From the NCBI GenBank assembly GCA_050239825.1, contig JBFXGO010000008.1, positions 1 to 39,241 on the forward strand: 39,241 bases of DNA, in the 5' to 3' direction. This document shows, in pieces, positions 17,928-28,529 of the stretch. The translations under genes were made by a program, and so were the position numbers. This stretch comes from a bacterium (lineage in GTDB: Bacteria; Hydrothermota; 32-111). The stretch's first letter is position 1. The number at the start of each line of letters is the position of its first letter. The notes beneath the pieces are model-generated. The model made no database searches and was not told where the DNA came from. It saw only the letters and a list, made by a program, of their open reading frames with translations.

Positions 17928-20095
17928 TCCGTCTTCTGCTTTGCCTTGCATTTGAGACAGATATACTCATCCTTCTTAACTTCCATTCCCTCATATCCGC
18001 ACTCTTTGCACTTAATTTTTTCCGGTTTGCTCCATGTGGCAAAATCGCATTTCGGATATCTAGAACATCCGTAGAATGTGCGTCTCTTTGCGGACTGTCT
18101 CTCGACAAGGTCTCCATCTCCGCATTTCGGACATTTTATGCCGGATGAGACATTCCTTGTGTATTTGCATTTCGGATAGTCGGAGCATGCTATGAATTTT
18201 CCGAATCTTCCCCTCTTTATAAGCAGCGGTTTGCCGCATTCGGGGCACATTTCTTCTATCTTTTCATTTTCCTCTTCAACCTGTTTCGTGTTGGAGCATT
18301 TGGGATAATTTGAACATGCAAGAAACTTTCCATACCTTCCCCATTTAATAATCATCGGTGAACCGCACTTGTCGCACACTATATCAGTCTTCTCCTCTAT
18401 TAGAGTCTTCACCTCTTTTTTATTTGTGTCGGCATTTTTCAATGATTTTGAAAATTCCTGATAAAATTCCCTTAAAAGGTCATTTCTCTTTATCTTTCCC
18501 TGCTCAATCTGGTCAAGTTCTCCCTCCATCTTCGCTGTAAAATCAACATTTACGATCTCTCCGAAATAATTCACAAGAACTTTATTCACAACCTTTCCGA
18601 GGTCTGTCGGCTTGAAATTTCTCTTCTCTTTTGTTACATAGTCTCTCTTCATAAGTATGTCAATAATTGCGGCGTATGTAGAGGGTCTTCCTATGCCTTT
18701 GGCTTCAAGCGCTTTGACAAGAGTTGCGTCCGTATACCTTGCAGGCGGTTGAGTCTCCTCTTTCCTCACTTCGCTCGATTTCAGCTCCACCCTGTCGCCC
18801 CTCTCCATTACAGGTATCAGATTTTTAAGGTCTCTGAAATCTCCGTAAGAATAAACCTTCATAAAGCCGTCAAACAGGAGCTGGTTGCCCACTCCTCTGA
18901 AAAGGAATTTGCCTCCGCTTATGTCGGCTGTGGTATATGCGTATATGGAGTTAGCCATTTGGCATGCAATGGTGCGTTTCCAAATTAGGGAGTAGAGTCT
19001 GTGCTGATCTTTAGAGAGAAACTTCTCCGATTTCTCGGGAGTTAAAGTCACATCAGTCACCCTGATTGCTTCGTGCGCATCCTGCGCAGAAGAGCTTGCC
19101 TTAAATATATTCACATTGACAGAAAGATATTTTTCCGACATTGCTGATTTTACATACTCTCTTATTGACTTTATCGCATCATCATTTATTCTTGTAGAAT
19201 CTGTTCTCATATATGTGATGAGACCGGTTCTCTCTCCGTCTATTTCAACTCCTTCGTAGAGCTCCTGAGCTACCGACATTGTCTTTTTTGCGGTATAATT
19301 CAATGCATTTGATGCCGATTGCTGGAGTGTGGATGTTGTGAAAGGAGGATGCGGTTTGACTTCTTTCTTTTCCGATTTCAGGCTGTTGACAATATACTCT
19401 GCGCTCTTCAAATCATCTTCAATTTCTTTAGCTTTTTTCTCTTCTGTGAAGACAGCTTTTATTGAATTATACTCCACAAGCTCGGCAAAAAAATCCCTGT
19501 GCTCCTTTGAAAAGAAACCGCGCACTTTGAAAGATGTCTTTGATTTGAAGCTCTCAATTTTCTCTTCCTTCTCGCAGATTAAACGGAGAGCAACGGATTG
19601 CACTCTTCCGGCCGAGAGACCTTGTTTGACAGAACGCCATAAGAATGGAGAGACCATATATCCGACCATTCTGTCGAGAATTCTTCTGGCATACTGCGAT
19701 TCAACGAGACTTTCGTTTATCTGCATGGGGTTATCGAGCCCCTTCTTTATTCCGCCCTTCGTTATTTCATAGAAGAGCACTCTGCTCACATCCTTTCCTT
19801 TTTTGTCAATAACGGATGAAATATGGTAGGCGATCGCTTCTCCCTCTCTGTCAGGGTCGGTTGCAATATATATTGTGTCGCTCTTCTTTGCTTCTTCTTT
19901 GATGCTCGATATTATCTTGACTTTAGACGGTATAGGTTTGAACTCCGCCTCAAAATCCTTTTCTATGTTTATTCCCATCACCTTTTCCGGCAGGTCGATT
20001 ATATGCCCTTTTGAAGATATGACTTTGAATCCTTTTCCGGCATAGCTCTCAATTGTCTTTGCTTTCGTGGGCGATTCGACTATTATAAGCTTCAC
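17906..20095 (-). CDS. topA: DNA topoisomerase I
   Basis: IVESPTKA, ATDPDREGE, SAGRVQS, ITYMRTDS, C-terminal zinc ribbons. Confidence 0.97.
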   Translation of the reverse strand: MKLIIVESPTKAKTIESYAGKGFKVISSKGHIIDLPEKVMGINIEKDFEAEFKPIPSKVKIISSIKEEAKKSDTIYIATDPDREGEAIAYHISSVIDKKGKDVSRVLFYEITKGGIKKGLDNPMQINESLVESQYARRILDRMVGYMVSPFLWRSVKQGLSAGRVQSVALRLICEKEEKIESFKSKTSFKVRGFFSKEHRDFFAELVEYNSIKAVFTEEKKAKEIEDDLKSAEYIVNSLKSEKKEVKPHPPFTTSTLQQSASNALNYTAKKTMSVAQELYEGVEIDGERTGLITYMRTDSTRINDDAIKSIREYVKSAMSEKYLSVNVNIFKASSSAQDAHEAIRVTDVTLTPEKSEKFLSKDQHRLYSLIWKRTIACQMANSIYAYTTADISGGKFLFRGVGNQLLFDGFMKVYSYGDFRDLKNLIPVMERGDRVELKSSEVRKEETQPPARYTDATLVKALEAKGIGRPSTYAAIIDILMKRDYVTKEKRNFKPTDLGKVVNKVLVNYFGEIVNVDFTAKMEGELDQIEQGKIKRNDLLREFYQEFSKSLKNADTNKKEVKTLIEEKTDIVCDKCGSPMIIKWGRYGKFLACSNYPKCSNTKQVEEENEKIEEMCPECGKPLLIKRGRFGKFIACSDYPKCKYTRNVSSGIKCPKCGDGDLVERQSAKRRTFYGCSRYPKCDFATWSKPEKIKCKECGYEGMEVKKDEYICLKCKAKQKTDQTEKSE

Positions 20096-21072
20096 TTCTT
20101 CTCCTTTTCTATTGACCAGAGGTAATTGAGAACGCGCATGAAATCCTCCGGCAGAGGAGCGAAGAATTCCATCTCCTCTTTCGTGCGCGGATGGACAAAG
20201 CGCAAAGCCACCGAGTGGAGCGCCTGCCTATCCATAAGTTTATCAATATACTCAAAATGTTTCTTTCTGTCAAGTTGCACCTCTTTGACAACGGATAAAA
20301 CATTACGGTCATATTCATTGTCTCCCACCACAGGATGTTCTATGTGAGTCATGTGAACTCTTATCTGATGGGTTCTTCCGGTGTGCAGATTGACCTTTAA
20401 AAGAGCCGCGATCTTGAAATCATGCAGAACTTTATAGTCAGTCACCGCTTCTCTGCTGTTTATACTGGTAACAGCCATTATCTTTCTGTTTGAATTTGAC
20501 CTCCCTATTGGTGCATTGACTGTTCCTCTCTTCCTTGTGAAAGAGCCCCACACAAGAGTGAGGTATGTCCTCTTCACGCGCCTCTTCTCAATCTCTCCGG
20601 AAAGGAATGCATGCGCCTCCTCATTCTTGGCGAAAACCATCACTCCCGAAGTGTCCTTGTCAAGCCTGTGAACCACACCCGGCCTTCCGCTGTCTCCGCC
20701 CTCAATCTGGGTGTGGAAGAGAAGTCCATTAACAAGAGTGCCCTCCCTGTTTCCCTTTGCAGGGTGGACAACCATATCTTTATCCTTGTTTATGACTATT
20801 ATGTCATCATCTTCATATATAATATCGAGAGGCATCTCCTCCGGCTTCACATCCGTCTGCACAAGCGCCTCATACTCTACTTCAATTCTGTCGCCTTTTT
20901 TCACTTTGTAGGAAGGCTTCTCTGATTTGCCATTCACTTTGGCTCTTCCGTCCTCTATCATGCTTATTATTCTTGTGCGCGAGACCCTGACTCCGAGGTT
21001 CTTTATAAACACATCAAGCCTCGAGTCCGGATGCTCAGATTTTACCAGATGATCTATCTTAAATTTTGCCAT
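20092..21072 (-). CDS. rluD: RluA-family 23S rRNA pseudouridine synthase with S4 domain
   Basis: VHRLDKDTSG, TGRTHQIRVH, N-terminal S4 domain. Confidence 0.9.
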   Translation of the reverse strand: MAKFKIDHLVKSEHPDSRLDVFIKNLGVRVSRTRIISMIEDGRAKVNGKSEKPSYKVKKGDRIEVEYEALVQTDVKPEEMPLDIIYEDDDIIVINKDKDMVVHPAKGNREGTLVNGLLFHTQIEGGDSGRPGVVHRLDKDTSGVMVFAKNEEAHAFLSGEIEKRRVKRTYLTLVWGSFTRKRGTVNAPIGRSNSNRKIMAVTSINSREAVTDYKVLHDFKIAALLKVNLHTGRTHQIRVHMTHIEHPVVGDNEYDRNVLSVVKEVQLDRKKHFEYIDKLMDRQALHSVALRFVHPRTKEEMEFFAPLPEDFMRVLNYLWSIEKEKK

Positions 21073-22377
21073 TTATTTTCCTATGCAGAATTTTGAGAAA
21101 ATGTTCTCCAATATCTCTTCGGAACCGACCTCACCTGTCAGCTCCTTTGCATCATTTATGAGGATGGAGATTCTTTCATCAAGTATCTCGCTCTCTCTTG
21201 TCTCATTCTTTTCAAAAATATCGTTTATCTCTGCGCTTATCCTCTCTATCAGATTCATCTGTCTCTCATTGACACTTATTTCAGACCTTTCGTTAAACAG
21301 CAGTTCTGAAATTATTCTCTCCTTCATTTCGTTCATACCCTCGCCTGTCAGCGCTGAAACCGCAATGTCATCGCATGAAGAATAACCAATATCGCTTTTA
21401 TTTCCGCATATTATAACTCTCTTGGCAATTTTCATCGCCTCTCTTCTCTCCTCTTCATCAATTCCCTTTGAAAGGTCATAGAGGTAGAGCACGATGTCGG
21501 CATTTGCTATTCTCTCTTTAAGCATCTCTATTCCCCTCTTCTCTGCAAAGCTTTTGGCATCGCGAATTCCGGCAGTATCCATTATTTTGATATAGTGTCC
21601 GTTAAGAAGCGCCCATTCACTGATAATATCCCGCGTGGTTCCCTCTTCATGAGATACAATAGACCTCTCGCTCTCAAGCAGAGAGTTGAAGAGGGTCGAT
21701 TTCCCTGTATTGGTTCTCCCTGTAATCACCATCAGGGGATGATTCTCTCCGGAGAGTCCCCTGTGCGATTTTTTTTTCATTTCGTCCGCAATTATTTTCA
21801 CATTAAAAAGAATCTCTGATGCTTTTGGGGGCGAATATTCAACATCATCTGAAAAATCTATCGATGATTGAATGTATGATTTCAGCTCAATGAGCCTCTC
21901 CTTCAATCTCTCAATCTCTTTTTCAAACGCCTTGACCGCCTTCTCGGATGCAAAATCAAAAGTTTCTTCGCTAACTGCATTTATCCGCGTAAGCACCGAT
22001 TCAGCTTCCAAAAGTGTCATTTTGTTATTTATAAAAGCTCTCTTGGTGAACTCTCCGCGTACGGCAGGCCTGCATCCCATTCCTATGAGAATCTTGACAA
22101 TTCTGTCCGCAGAGACTCTTCCGCCGTGCACTGATATTTCGACAACATCCTCGCCGGTATATGAATTTGGAGAGCAAAAAAACGATATGACGGCAGTATC
22201 AAGATCTCTTCCGTTATACTTCAATTTCTTCACATATATCCTGTGATGCTCCGGTTTTTCATCCACTCCGAGTTGCTTTGCCATAGAAAACGCATCCGCC
22301 CCAGAGAGGCGGATAACATTTACTGCCGACTTTCCGTGCGCAGTTATTATAGCGACAATCGTCTCTATCTCTTCCAT
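21073..22377 (-). CDS. mnmE: tRNA modification GTPase
   Basis: SYTGEDVVE, GEFTKRAF, GRTNTGKS, DTAG, C-terminal FCIGK. Confidence 0.96.
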   Translation of the reverse strand: MEEIETIVAIITAHGKSAVNVIRLSGADAFSMAKQLGVDEKPEHHRIYVKKLKYNGRDLDTAVISFFCSPNSYTGEDVVEISVHGGRVSADRIVKILIGMGCRPAVRGEFTKRAFINNKMTLLEAESVLTRINAVSEETFDFASEKAVKAFEKEIERLKERLIELKSYIQSSIDFSDDVEYSPPKASEILFNVKIIADEMKKKSHRGLSGENHPLMVITGRTNTGKSTLFNSLLESERSIVSHEEGTTRDIISEWALLNGHYIKIMDTAGIRDAKSFAEKRGIEMLKERIANADIVLYLYDLSKGIDEEERREAMKIAKRVIICGNKSDIGYSSCDDIAVSALTGEGMNEMKERIISELLFNERSEISVNERQMNLIERISAEINDIFEKNETRESEILDERISILINDAKELTGEVGSEEILENIFSKFCIGK

Positions 22378-23192
22378 CTTTTTTCAAATTTGTTCTTTCT
22401 CTTTTGCTTTACATAACCTTTAATGTCAAGGTAAACAGGTTTGTTGACTTCCTCTTTTAGGGAGATTTTGTTGACAATGTGCTGAAGCGCTTCTATGGTC
22501 TTTCCGTTCTTTCCTATCAAAAGACTTGCGTCAGGAGTATCTTTAATTATTATTCTGTATTTGTTTCCCAATGCGCTTATTTCAGGTTCAACATTGAAAC
22601 CCATAAGTCCTGTCAGTTTCATGAATATCGCGCTTATCTTTCCTATATTTGCATTGTCCTCTTCAGTGGCTTCATACGGCGGTTCCGCTTCCTGAGGTTC
22701 ATTGTATGTCTGCGGAGCATGCTGAGGATACTGGTTCTGAGGCGGACGACTCTCAGGCCTTCTGCTTTGGCTCTGATTCTGCTGATGCGCCTCCTGAGAT
22801 TTCTTCGGCTGGGGATTCTCCCTCTGTGCCTGTTGCCTCTGCTCCCTGTACTGCCTGAAAGCATTGACTTTTTCATCGCGTTTTTTTTCTTCAGCATTAT
22901 CTTTGTTTTTATGCTCAAGAACCTCCTGAACAGAGATTCTGTCATGCTTTTTGTGAACAGGCTCTACGGGATTTTCTTCGCTCTTTAAAAGATGCGCCGG
23001 AACTGTTCCTCTTAAAAGAGTGAGGCGCACTCTCGCCTTCTTTCTGCCGAATTTTAAAAAACCGTTTATGGGCTCATTTAAAATTTCTATATCCACATTC
23101 TCCGCATTGGTTTTAAGAAGCTCCATTCCCTTCTTTATAGCGTCTTCTACGCTCTCTCCTTCAACTTCAAGATAATTCTTCTCCTTATCCAT
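22365..23192 (-). CDS. jag: Jag/EloR/KhpB RNA-binding protein lacking the R3H domain
   Basis: Jag-N (EGESVEDAI..G), Q/P-rich linker, KH motif LLIGKNGKTIEALQ; conserved position between yidC and mnmE. Confidence 0.88.
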   Translation of the reverse strand: MDKEKNYLEVEGESVEDAIKKGMELLKTNAENVDIEILNEPINGFLKFGRKKARVRLTLLRGTVPAHLLKSEENPVEPVHKKHDRISVQEVLEHKNKDNAEEKKRDEKVNAFRQYREQRQQAQRENPQPKKSQEAHQQNQSQSRRPESRPPQNQYPQHAPQTYNEPQEAEPPYEATEEDNANIGKISAIFMKLTGLMGFNVEPEISALGNKYRIIIKDTPDASLLIGKNGKTIEALQHIVNKISLKEEVNKPVYLDIKGYVKQKRKNKFEKRWKR

Positions 23193-24741
23193 TTTGAACT
23201 CCTGTCTGCTTGTTAATAGCTTTCTTGATTATTATCTGCTGCACAACTGAGAGCAGATTGTATGTGAGCCAATACAGATTTATTCCCGACGGAAGCGAGA
23301 GGAATAAAAATGTAAGCATTATGGGCATTATATACACCATCATCTTTTGCGACTGGTTTGTTAAAGAAAGTTTCTGGGAGACGAACATGGTCGCTCCGGT
23401 CAGTATTGGAAGCACATAGTACGGGTCCTTTGATGCGAGGTCTGTAAGCCAGAATGCAAAGGGCGCATATCTGAGTTCAATCGTTGTCTTCAGTATCGCA
23501 TAGAGGGCGAAAAAGACAGGCATCTGTATAAACATCGGCAAACATCCCGTGAAAGGATTGACTCCGGATTTTTTATAGAGATTCATTGTCTCAGTGTTGA
23601 GCCTCTGCGGGTCCTTTTCATATTTTTTCTTAAGGGCCTCCATCTCCGGCTGTAGCGTCTGCATCTTGCTCATCGACGAATATGACTTGAATGTCAGAGG
23701 AGAGAAGAGCGCTATCAGCAGTATTGAAATGATTATTATTATGACTCCGTAATTGCGCACATATCTGTACATGAAGTGGATGAATCCGAGTATTCCCTTG
23801 CTTATAGGCTGAATTATAGACCAGCCGAAATCCGGGAGTTTGTCCATGCCGTTATTCATGCCTTTGAGTATTTTGTAATCTATGGGCCCCATATAAAGAA
23901 GCACATTGGGAGAAGAGAATGAGAATCTTCCGTAAAGCCGTTTGTCCGAAAGAAGTCCGGCTGTATATCCTTTTCCTTCTCCTATAAGGCCTGAGAAAAA
24001 GTATTTTGTCTGGATTCCCATCCAAGAGTAGCTACCAGACATCGCCAATTCACCGTTTTTCACATTTTTCTGCTTTGTCTTTATGACATTGTTCGTGCTG
24101 TATGCATCCAAAGAATAGTAAAGCATGTCATCGGCCGCATTCTTTTCTGTCAAAGAAACCCCGTCTTCAAAAAGATACTCCACGCTTGAAATTGGCTCTG
24201 ATGTACTGAGTTTGTGTTCAATTATGTATGAATCTTTGCTGAAAACATATGTGCGGGTGAATGTGCGTCCTTCAACAACAGCCGCAAGGACTATGGAGTC
24301 CCTCTCCACTCTCAAAGGCGAAAGATCTCCTTTATAAAGAACCGTAAAATTTGTATTTGAAAGGTCGTACCTCGCATTTCCGATTATAACGACAGCCTCC
24401 ATTGCCCTTGAACCATCGGGTAGAAGAGATAGGGTATCTTTGTAGGATTTGAACTGAAGAAGATGAAATTTTGATATTCCGCCCGACAGGGAGGATATGC
24501 TTCCTCTGTAAAGCTCCGTCTCAAAGAGGTATACTGCCGTGTCTTGAGGTATATCGGAATTTGCAATCACCTGCTCGGAAATATTCTTTGCAGTGTCGAT
24601 TGTTTTTCCTGTTGCGGTGTCGGCAATGACTGTTGTATCAACAGTGACAGTGCGCGTTATCTTCGGGGTAAAGTATGCATAATAGCCGAAGACAAGTATT
24701 ATCACACCAAAAAGAATGAACATGCGCAAATTGTTGTTCAT
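23185..24741 (-). CDS. yidC: Membrane protein insertase
   Basis: NYGVIII, SMSKMQTLQP, NPFTGCLPMFIQMPVF, DPYYVLP, LYW motifs. Confidence 0.96.
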   Translation of the reverse strand: MNNNLRMFILFGVIILVFGYYAYFTPKITRTVTVDTTVIADTATGKTIDTAKNISEQVIANSDIPQDTAVYLFETELYRGSISSLSGGISKFHLLQFKSYKDTLSLLPDGSRAMEAVVIIGNARYDLSNTNFTVLYKGDLSPLRVERDSIVLAAVVEGRTFTRTYVFSKDSYIIEHKLSTSEPISSVEYLFEDGVSLTEKNAADDMLYYSLDAYSTNNVIKTKQKNVKNGELAMSGSYSWMGIQTKYFFSGLIGEGKGYTAGLLSDKRLYGRFSFSSPNVLLYMGPIDYKILKGMNNGMDKLPDFGWSIIQPISKGILGFIHFMYRYVRNYGVIIIIISILLIALFSPLTFKSYSSMSKMQTLQPEMEALKKKYEKDPQRLNTETMNLYKKSGVNPFTGCLPMFIQMPVFFALYAILKTTIELRYAPFAFWLTDLASKDPYYVLPILTGATMFVSQKLSLTNQSQKMMVYIMPIMLTFLFLSLPSGINLYWLTYNLLSVVQQIIIKKAINKQTGVQNG

Positions 24742-24749
24742 TTATTCTC

Positions 24750-24962
24750 CTATTTCAGCGGGTCATACCCGCCCTTGAAAAATGGGTTACATCTTAATAT
24801 TCTTTTGATTGAAAGAAATGCGGCTTTGAAGACACTATATTTCTCAAAAGCCATGAGCGAATATTCCGAACAGGTCGGAGTGAATCTGCACACTGGAGGA
24901 AAGAGGGGTGAAATGAATCTGCGGTATGATCTGATTAAAAGTATGAAGAGTTTGTTAACCAT
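24750..24962 (-). CDS. yidD: Membrane protein insertion efficiency factor
   Basis: [18 protein letters not shown]...[12 protein letters not shown]; start re-assigned to ATG at 24962. Confidence 0.93.
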   Translation of the reverse strand: MVNKLFILLIRSYRRFISPLFPPVCRFTPTCSEYSLMAFEKYSVFKAAFLSIKRILRCNPFFKGGYDPLK

Positions 24963-25287
24963 GTATTCTGCTGGCAATGTCAGCCATTTCACTGGAAACT
25001 TCATTGGGCGATGATTGAGATGCCTGCTTAAGCCCTATGAAAAGATAATTGCAATTTGACGGAAATGAGGATTCGCTTAAAAGATAAGCCTCCCTCAAAA
25101 CTCTCTTTATCTTGTTCCTCATGACTGCATTTTTTGAAACATGTTTTTTGACCGTAAAAGCCACTCCCCTTGCATCGGACTTCTTATAAAGAAGCACAAA
25201 AGAGGGTGCCGACAATCTTCGCGGATTATCAAACATCTCCTTTATTTCCTTGCTCTTGATTACAGGGGTGTTTCCCACTGACCTCAT
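24955..25287 (-). CDS. rnpA: Ribonuclease P protein component
   Basis: [18 protein letters not shown]-type motif; synteny. Confidence 0.9.
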   Translation of the reverse strand: MRSVGNTPVIKSKEIKEMFDNPRRLSAPSFVLLYKKSDARGVAFTVKKHVSKNAVMRNKIKRVLREAYLLSESSFPSNCNYLFIGLKQASQSSPNEVSSEMADIASRIHG

Positions 25288-25433
25288 ACTCTGGGATCAG
25301 AGATAGTAAGGCGCTTCCTGCCCTTTGCTCTTCTTTTTGAAAGAACGGCTCTGCCTGTGGCAGTCTCCATTCTTTTTCTGAATCCGTGCGTCCTGACTCT
25401 TTTTATCTTGGACGGATTATAAGTCGGCTTCAT
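25284..25433 (-). CDS. rpmH: 50S ribosomal protein L34 (missing from the ORF track)
   Basis: Manual translation [58 protein letters not shown]. Confidence 0.97.
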   Translation of the reverse strand: MKPTYNPSKIKRVRTHGFRKRMETATGRAVLSKRRAKGRKRLTISDPRV

Positions 25434-25677
25434 GATACCTCCTAACCTTTGCGTTAAATAATTTTAACCGATGTAAAGAGTAAAGTATTTTACTTAAAAT
25501 CCCATATTTGTCAAGTGGTTTATAAAAATAAATAATATGAATATATATATATGATTTTGCTTTGCATTGCATTTTTCCAAACAAATGGGCTGTAAAACGA
25601 GCAATAGCATGCATTTAAGTACATTTAACTGCAAGAGTCAAAGTCAACCCTGCTTTTTCCTTAAAGTGCCTTTAAAT

Positions 25678-26208
25678 TTAAAGCTTTGTTGACTCTATGC
25701 CTATTCTCTTAAAGAGTTTCAGCCCAAAATACTCCAAACTGAATGCAGGCGCGCTCACTCTCAATATGAATGCAACATTCATCTTTTTGCCTTTCGGAAT
25801 ATCGAATCTGGAGAGAAGCACCGCCTTCATATACATCTCTTCGCGCGGAGTAACAATTTCAACTCCTTTGTTTCCGCTTGTTCCGGATGACATGCTGATA
25901 TTTATTCCGCGGAGCCATTTTGAATAGTCGCGCGTTTTTTCAATCTCAAGACAGAAATCAAGAATCTCCTCTTTTGTGAGAAGGGGAAGAGATTCAAAAT
26001 CATTTATGTCATGACCCGCATAGAATCTGTTGAAAAATTTTGAATGCCTGTCAGCGTAATTAACCACTATATTCAATTTCGATTTTTGATAATCATTAAT
26101 CTATTTATCTGTATAATGTTTGAATCTGTAACCGCTGAAAAAATAAAACGAAAGAAAATTGTTTGATTCGATATCCGAAAATCTGTCTTTAAAATTATTT
26201 CCTCTCAT
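25678..26208 (-). pseudogene. Truncated PaaK/F390-synthetase-like adenylate-forming enzyme
   Basis: LPLLTKE, SSGTSG, AFILR motifs; in-frame TAG near 26101 between ATG 26208 and the called ORF; C-terminal part absent. Confidence 0.78.
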
Positions 26209-26468
26209 ACACGATTGATTTTACCTAATACAGTATAATTGTCAACGATGTATTTTCTTTGATTTGTGACTTGTAATAATGATAATGGCTGTGGAAATGT
26301 CAGTCCGCCCTGCCACGAGATATGCAAATCAATTCCGAGTTACGGGTTACGAGTTTCAAAAAATGGTGCGTTTTAAAACCACCGTCCCTGAAAATTTACC
26401 GTAAGCAATTAGCAATTATCTGCCAGTGATAACGGCGCAGTGATTATTTCTAATGAATCGCATTATCA

Positions 26469-28055
26469 TCAGTTTCTTTCGTTCATCTCTACCACATCGG
26501 TTGCAGTATTCTCAATAAAATACCTGTCATGTTCAACAAAGAGCATTGTCGGCTTATATTTCAAAATCATCCTTTCAAGCATTTCCCGTGACGGCACATC
26601 CATGTAATTAAGCGGCTCATCCCATATAATCAGATTGGACGGTTCAAGAAGGGTCCGCGCCAAATCAACCTTCTTCTTCTCTCCATCACTCAAATCCTTT
26701 ATGTCAAAAGAGAATATGTTCCTTTCTATTCCCATTGAGCCTGTTATCTGCGAAAACTTAGTCCTGTCAATCTGCGCTTCTTTTATTTTGTCTTCAAGTT
26801 TCCCGCTCTGCCACAACGGCTCCTGAGACGAGTATGCCACCTTTGCCCTGCTTAGAAGTTTTATGTCTCCTTCATCCGCATTCAATTCTCCAAGAATCAG
26901 TTTTATGAGAGTCGTCTTCCCGCTTCCGTTTTGACCTATCAGCGCGATTCTGTTGTTTTGTTTAATAGTGAATGTGAGATTATCAATTATCTTCTTCTCA
27001 TCATATCCGAAAGACAGATTCCTGACAGTCAGAATTGTTTCAATGTCATCTTTGCTCTCAACCTTCAAATCCCTCGTCTTTTCAAAATCCTTCAACAGCT
27101 TCTCTTTTCTGATTATGTTCTCATCCATCCTTCTTTCAATATTCAGAGCCCTCTTCATCAGTTTAGCGGCCATGTGGCTCACAAATCCTCTGTCTCCGGC
27201 GCTTGACACCTCATCCTCCTTCGCGTCAGCCCATAACCTTCTCTCATCAGCCGCCCTCTTTAAGCTCTTTATCTCTCTTGTCAGATTCTCATTCATCTGC
27301 ATTTCACTGTATATTTTGTTTTCATACTGGTCTCTCCACGCAGAGTAATTCCCCTTTATCATTTCAATATTCTCTTTATTCATTGAAATCGTGTGGTCAG
27401 TGCACATATCAAGAAAATACCTGTCATGCGACACAACAATAAATCCCCTCTTCTTTGAAAGATACTCAGCCACAATTTCCCTCGAATCAATATCAAGGTG
27501 GTTTGTCGGTTCGTCAAGAAGCATGAACCCATTGTCATAAGCAAACATTGAAGCAATCAGAAGCTTTGTTTTTTCTCCGCCTGAAAGTGTGGAAAACGGC
27601 TGTTCGAGAATATCTTCTCCAAGATTCATCTTTGCCGCCTCTCTGATTATTGAGGAACGGATAGTGTATCCGCTCTCTCTTTCATACTCTTCTCTTATCT
27701 CTCCCACTCTGTCTATGGATTCAATATCGCTCTTTTCAACCATTGATTCCATATCTCTCTCCATCTGCCTGTACTGTCCGATGAAATCAAGACCTGCATC
27801 TTTTGCCTTATCGTCATAATCTCTATTTGCATTCAATGAGATGAAATAGAATGTTTTTACAGGAACCTTCACGAATCCCGCTGTTGGGGATAATTCTTTG
27901 TGAATGAGTTTGAAGAGAGTTGATTTGCCCTTTCCGTTTCTGCCTATGAGACCGCATTTCCACGATGTGTCAATCTCAAGATTAAGATTCTTGAATATCT
28001 CTCTGTATGGTGTTGTGTAATAAAATGAAACATTGTTAAAAATAATCGACGGCAT
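26469..28055 (-). CDS. ABC-F ATPase, Lsa-like putative ribosomal protection protein
   Basis: Two ABC domains (GRNGKGKS/LSGGE/LLDEPTNHLD; GQNGSGKT/IWDEPLNYMD/VEHD), no transmembrane segments, long linker; IDTSWKCGLIGRNG N-terminus typical of the Lsa group. Confidence 0.88.
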   Translation of the reverse strand: MPSIIFNNVSFYYTTPYREIFKNLNLEIDTSWKCGLIGRNGKGKSTLFKLIHKELSPTAGFVKVPVKTFYFISLNANRDYDDKAKDAGLDFIGQYRQMERDMESMVEKSDIESIDRVGEIREEYERESGYTIRSSIIREAAKMNLGEDILEQPFSTLSGGEKTKLLIASMFAYDNGFMLLDEPTNHLDIDSREIVAEYLSKKRGFIVVSHDRYFLDMCTDHTISMNKENIEMIKGNYSAWRDQYENKIYSEMQMNENLTREIKSLKRAADERRLWADAKEDEVSSAGDRGFVSHMAAKLMKRALNIERRMDENIIRKEKLLKDFEKTRDLKVESKDDIETILTVRNLSFGYDEKKIIDNLTFTIKQNNRIALIGQNGSGKTTLIKLILGELNADEGDIKLLSRAKVAYSSQEPLWQSGKLEDKIKEAQIDRTKFSQITGSMGIERNIFSFDIKDLSDGEKKKVDLARTLLEPSNLIIWDEPLNYMDVPSREMLERMILKYKPTMLFVEHDRYFIENTATDVVEMNERN

Positions 28056-28060
28056 AAATA

Positions 28061-28123
28061 CTCCTGTTAATGTTAAAGTTTCTTCTTTATCAATTAACAG
28101 TCAATGCGCATCGATTCTCCTTT
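28061..28123 (-). promoter_or_regulatory. Leader uORF MRIDC* (28111-28094) with anti-RBS hairpin
   Basis: AAAGGAG-aatcg-ATGCGCATTGACTGTTAA; CTGTTAAT pairs with ATTAACAG overlapping the AGGAG RBS of the ABC-F gene. Confidence 0.7.
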
Positions 28124-28229
28124 GTTATGTTATCGCCTTTGAATGAACATTTGTCCACTCACTCTTTCATCATACCTCATCTTTCTGTAATGTCAATATC
28201 ACTCTCCTTTTTCTTTAACCATTTGTCTG

Positions 28230-28525
28230 GGTGATTCACGAATCCCTCCTACTCCTTTACATTGCTCAAGCACAAGACTCACGGCGTCTTGTTGACTCGT
28301 AACTCGGAACTATTCTGTCTTTTTCTTGCTCATGGTATTTTCAACTATTAACTATAAACTATTAACTATTAACTCTTTTATTTTGCTCATGGCGTCTTGT
28401 TGACCAGCGACCAGTGATATTGGACTAGTGATGTATTTTTTTTCGTCATACTGAACGCCTCTATTCGCCCTTCTACTGTGAAGTATCTATCAATTAAAAT
28501 GTCAAGATGTCAACCACCGTCCCCA
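28230..28525. repeat. Mosaic intergenic repeat region (heptamer tandems, short direct repeats, REP-like pieces)
   Basis: (actatta/actataa)n near 28344-28374; ggcgtcttgttgac at 28283 and 28391; ttgctcatgg at 28326 and 28383. Confidence 0.75.
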
Positions 28526-28529
28526 CATT

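Noticed and set aside
25440..25680. oriC upstream of rpmH
   Set aside because: AT-rich but no DnaA box cluster and no adjacent dnaA.
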